NCBI GenBank assembly: GCA_947628245.1
Contig: CANQZH010000001.1
Location: 1 to 39,545, forward strand
Direction of reading: 5' to 3'
DNA from: an uncultured Bacilli bacterium
GTDB lineage: Bacteria > Bacillota_I > Bacilli_A > RF39 > UBA660
DNA length: 39,545 bases
Positions 36,080 to 39,545 of the stretch are shown here, one piece after another. The position numbers and the translations under genes were made by a program. Positions within the stretch are counted from its first letter, which is position 1. Every line of letters begins with the position of its first letter. Under the pieces are notes generated by a model. It saw only the letters and a list, made by a program, of their open reading frames with translations, did no database searches and was not told where the DNA came from.

Positions 36080-37702
36080 CTACCCTCTTTTTTCTAATGT
36101 TTCCATTAATTTTGGTAACATTTGTTTTTTTCTTGATATTAAATTAGGAATAAATGTTCCTTCACTAATATCTTCTAAATCATAACTATCTAATATAATA
36201 TCTTTAGCTTGTGAATTATATAAAATATAAGAACCATTCTTAATAATATCCGTGATAAAAATTGTAACAACTTCATATTGTCCTTTAGCAATTTCATCTA
36301 ATTTTTTAACATAATCATCAATATTCTTTTTAATATGTTCAAAATCCATTGTAATAATTTGACTAATACCTAATGTCGTATTACTAATTTTATATGATTT
36401 AAAATCTTGAAAAATAATATCATCAATACTCATATTTTCAATACTACTTCCAGCCTTTAACATTTGATAACCATAATCACTAATATCTAACTGACATATC
36501 TTAGCTAGATTTTGAGCAGCTTCTCTATCTTTATCAGTAGTTGTTGGACTTTGAAAAATTAAAGTATCAGATAAAATAGCCGATAACATAATACCCGCAA
36601 TATCAAAAGGTATATCAATTTTATTTTCTAAATATAAATAGTAAAGAATTGTACAAGTACAACCAACTGGCATACTCCTAAAATTAATTGGCACATTAGT
36701 TCCAATAGCTCCTAAATTATGATGATCAATTATTTCCATAATATTAGCTTCTTCTATTCCAGGTATGCTTTGATCTAATTGATTATGATCAACTAAAATA
36801 ATAGGCATCCTATCATATTCCCCAGCTTCAGTTACCTTAATCATACCAAGACAATCACCTTTTTTATTTAACACTGGATAATTAGAAAAACCTTGTTTAT
36901 GAGCCATTTCAATAAAATCAGTTAAATAATCACGATCATAAACTACACTAGGATTATGATTTAAAATAATTGTTCTAACATAATTACTTAATGATATCGC
37001 ATTACAAGTATTATAAGTATCCATTGGACTAGAAATAACACTTACTTTATTTTTTTTAGCAAGCTCTATTAAATCATCAGGCAAACTAAAATTATTAGTT
37101 AAAACAATTAAACTAATCTTATTTAAAATTCCATACTCTAAAACCTTATGACGATCTCCCATAATTAAAATATCACTTGGTTTTAAATTAACTTGTTCCA
37201 TAAAAGTTTGACTTTGATAACTAGCAACCATCATAGTTCCATCAAATTCTTCTCTAAAACGAATTATTTCTTTACCATTTAAAGACTTTAATAACTTATC
37301 ATAACTAGTATTTAAAGTATTTTTAACAGTATTAATAAATAATAAAGCAATTTCTTTTAAAGTAATCAAACTAATTAACTTTTTATTTTCATCAACAACA
37401 GGTACAGCTGTTAACTTTTTTTCTAACATATAATCAATAACTTCTTTAATTGACATTTTATCATAAACATAAGTCCCTTTATTATAATGAACATTTCTAA
37501 TTTGAATTTTAGCATTATTTAAATATTCCGGTTCCTTAACATTAAAATAATCTAATACAAATTTAGTTTCTTTATTAATATGACCTAAAACTCTAGGTAC
37601 AGTATTATCACCTAAAGTATTTTTTAAATAAGATAAACTAATAGCTGAACAAACACTATCAGTATCAGGATTACGATGACCAAATATATAAGTTACAGAC
37701 AT
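36080..37702 (-). CDS. CBS-domain-containing family II inorganic pyrophosphatase (DHH - CBS pair - DHHA2)
   Basis: GHRNPDTDSVCS (DHH motif I), LVDHNQ and IIDHHNLG are present. There is a ~250-aa CBS-type insertion and a DHHA2 C-terminus. The ORF track begins at a GTG (37711). The ATG at 37702 (MSVTYIFGH) has AGGTAGGTG upstream. Confidence 0.8.
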   Translation of the reverse strand: MSVTYIFGHRNPDTDSVCSAISLSYLKNTLGDNTVPRVLGHINKETKFVLDYFNVKEPEYLNNAKIQIRNVHYNKGTYVYDKMSIKEVIDYMLEKKLTAVPVVDENKKLISLITLKEIALLFINTVKNTLNTSYDKLLKSLNGKEIIRFREEFDGTMMVASYQSQTFMEQVNLKPSDILIMGDRHKVLEYGILNKISLIVLTNNFSLPDDLIELAKKNKVSVISSPMDTYNTCNAISLSNYVRTIILNHNPSVVYDRDYLTDFIEMAHKQGFSNYPVLNKKGDCLGMIKVTEAGEYDRMPIILVDHNQLDQSIPGIEEANIMEIIDHHNLGAIGTNVPINFRSMPVGCTCTILYYLYLENKIDIPFDIAGIMLSAILSDTLIFQSPTTTDKDREAAQNLAKICQLDISDYGYQMLKAGSSIENMSIDDIIFQDFKSYKISNTTLGISQIITMDFEHIKKNIDDYVKKLDEIAKGQYEVVTIFITDIIKNGSYILYNSQAKDIILDSYDLEDISEGTFIPNLISRKKQMLPKLMETLEKRG

Positions 37703-37760
37703 CAAAAACACCTACCTTTGCACTAAAAATATAACATAAAAAAACTAAAAAACAAAGAGT

Positions 37761-39545
37761 TTAACGTTTAAAACTCTCTGCTTCACATTCATTTTCATAT
37801 TTTTGTAAACTAACTAAATAATTTACCATTACTTCATAAAACATACTAAGATTATTTTCTTCTAATAATTTTTTAGCTTCTAAATATTCTCTTTTCTTAA
37901 TTAATTTTTTTAAATTAGCTAATAAATCAAGATATTTTGTATTATTAAATAAACTACTATTATCTTCATTATTATTACTTTGATTTTTATTAGTAGCTTT
38001 AATTTTTAAATTAACTAATATTTTTCTAACAGCTGAATAATATTTAGGATTAGCATTTTTTTGACTAAACCATTCATCACAATTCATTAAATCTAAAGCA
38101 GTTTTATAATCACCAAATTTTAAAGCTTTATTAAAACTATCAATTATCGAACCATTTTTCTTAATTGGACTAAAATAATTTTCAAAATCAAAATTAGTAC
38201 CATTTAAATTAAGATATGTTTCAATTAAATGTAATAAACTATCTTCAGCTTCACTTAATTTAACAACTTTTTCTTTATTATTTAAAGCAAACTGTAAATC
38301 TAATAAATAATTAAGAGAAAAACGATTATTAATAATATCATCTAATAAACAATCAATCTTTAAATCAGCTTCTTTTACTTTTAATTGTTGATCATTTTGA
38401 TCTTGATATTTATTCATTATATTAACAACATCTTTTAAAATAGCTTTATAAATAATAAATTTAGAATCTCCATCTTTAGCACAAATATCAACAATCTTTA
38501 AAGCCCATCTATAATCTCCTATATTAAGAGCTTCATAAAAATTATTAATAATATTTTCATCTTGATAATTGTAACTAATATTATTGTAAGTAACCATTCC
38601 TTTAGAAACATTATCAATGAAATTAATTAATTTCAATAAATCTAAATAAAACGATTCTTTAGCTCCATTTAAATTCTTAGACAAAATTACTTTTAAATCA
38701 CTATATTTTTTCTCTCTTATTAATTTTAAAAGATATTCATCAGTTAAAACAGTTGAAACCTTTTTAGAATATTTTTTATTTAAATTATTAACAGTACTTA
38801 ATAAAGAACGATAAATCTTTAAAATATTACTTGTCGGATTAAAATAAAGACATTTACCAATATTTTTATAGGCAGTTTGATAATCTTTATTTTTTAAAGC
38901 TAAATCTAAAAGAAAATTATAATCTTTAATATCAGGATAAATCATTGATTCAGGTTTTAAACCACAATGATTTTTATCCATTTCTATAATAGTTTTTAAA
39001 AGATTAGCAATATGATAATAATATTTTTTAGTAGATTCACTAGTATACTTTTCAGCATTTAAACAACTACTTAAAGCTTGTTCATAATCTTCATTAAAAA
39101 CATTTTCTTGTAATTGTTTAAAATAAAATTTAAAACTCATAGCTTTATTTTTTAACTTAGCTTCTTCTCTTTTCTTTATTGCAATTTGTTGTTCTTTTTC
39201 TTTAATTTTAAATTCAATAGAAGTTACCTCTTCTAATAAAATTTCAACTATAACAGTGGATAACTCATTATTTTTATGTAACTTTTTTTCAGCAAGATAA
39301 TATTTATTAAATGACTCTAACGCTAACTCATATTTATGAGTTAATATTTGTTCATAAGCTAAATTATAATTAACATCATCATTATCTTTTGCATAATAAA
39401 GATTATTAATAAAACTAAAATCACAATTCTCAAATTTTAAAATTTCTTCTAACAAAATAGCATATAATAAAGAATTCTTATCTTCAATTTCATCTAAAGA
39501 AAGATACTCTCTCAAATATTTATAAGCTTCTTTCCAATCTTTTTT
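37761..39545 (-). CDS. Helical-repeat (TPR-like) protein, probably truncated at its N-terminus by the window edge
   Basis: Repeated xDYxxAL/xxA motifs occur (GDYKTALDL, GDYRWALKI, KDYQTAYKN, EDYEQALSS). The reading frame stays open from 39515 to the window end (KKDWKEAYKYL...), and the track start is only a TTG. Confidence 0.5.
   Translation of the reverse strand, partial: KKDWKEAYKYLREYLSLDEIEDKNSLLYAILLEEILKFENCDFSFINNLYYAKDNDDVNYNLAYEQILTHKYELALESFNKYYLAEKKLHKNNELSTVIVEILLEEVTSIEFKIKEKEQQIAIKKREEAKLKNKAMSFKFYFKQLQENVFNEDYEQALSSCLNAEKYTSESTKKYYYHIANLLKTIIEMDKNHCGLKPESMIYPDIKDYNFLLDLALKNKDYQTAYKNIGKCLYFNPTSNILKIYRSLLSTVNNLNKKYSKKVSTVLTDEYLLKLIREKKYSDLKVILSKNLNGAKESFYLDLLKLINFIDNVSKGMVTYNNISYNYQDENIINNFYEALNIGDYRWALKIVDICAKDGDSKFIIYKAILKDVVNIMNKYQDQNDQQLKVKEADLKIDCLLDDIINNRFSLNYLLDLQFALNNKEKVVKLSEAEDSLLHLIETYLNLNGTNFDFENYFSPIKKNGSIIDSFNKALKFGDYKTALDLMNCDEWFSQKNANPKYYSAVRKILVNLKIKATNKNQSNNNEDNSSLFNNTKYLDLLANLKKLIKKREYLEAKKLLEENNLSMFYEVMVNYLVSLQKYENECEAESFKR

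Noticed and set aside
37741-37780. A hairpin overlapping the stop of the 584-aa TPR-like gene, as a terminator upstream of the pyrophosphatase gene.
   Set aside because: Pairing AGAGTTTAA with TTAAAACTCT needs two bulges and the stem is AT-rich. It is too weak to call, although a T-run follows on the minus strand.

Overview
Very AT-rich chromosome segment that uses the standard genetic code (TGA terminates ligA and the GT2 gene, and Trp is TGG). It is most likely from a spore-forming low-GC Firmicute (Erysipelotrichia/Clostridia-like), because cotJB-cotJC sits at the left edge. The flanks are ordinary housekeeping genes. On the left are trmL, a P-type Ca-ATPase, a T-box-controlled lysS, ligA and pcrA. 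On the right are a CPBP protease, a phosphoesterase, murF and a CBS-pyrophosphatase. The centre (about 13.3-32.6 kb, all on the minus strand) is a monoderm Tad/Flp-type pilus locus. It holds a cpaB-like gene, tadA, tadB, tadC, three Flp-like pilin genes, two TadE/F-like pseudopilin genes and a tadZ-like gene. To my knowledge three of its components are not part of described Tad loci. (i) A tandemly duplicated, diverged three-gene cassette. Each copy encodes a ~255-aa signal-peptide plus C-terminal-TM protein, a ~1100-aa secreted protein with about 50 cysteines and no recognisable wall anchor, and a 135-aa protein with a pilin-like N-terminus. (ii) A translationally coupled GT2 (polyprenyl-phosphate glycosyltransferase-like) plus YfhO (GT-C) pair inserted between tadC and the pilin genes. 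(iii) Pilins and pseudopilins with a short non-canonical leader (M-K/R-E/Q-A/S-x-G) and small Cys-containing C-terminal domains. I saw no prepilin peptidase, secretin, sortase signal, tRNA, rRNA, CRISPR array or integrase. All family assignments come from motif recognition by eye; no searches were run.
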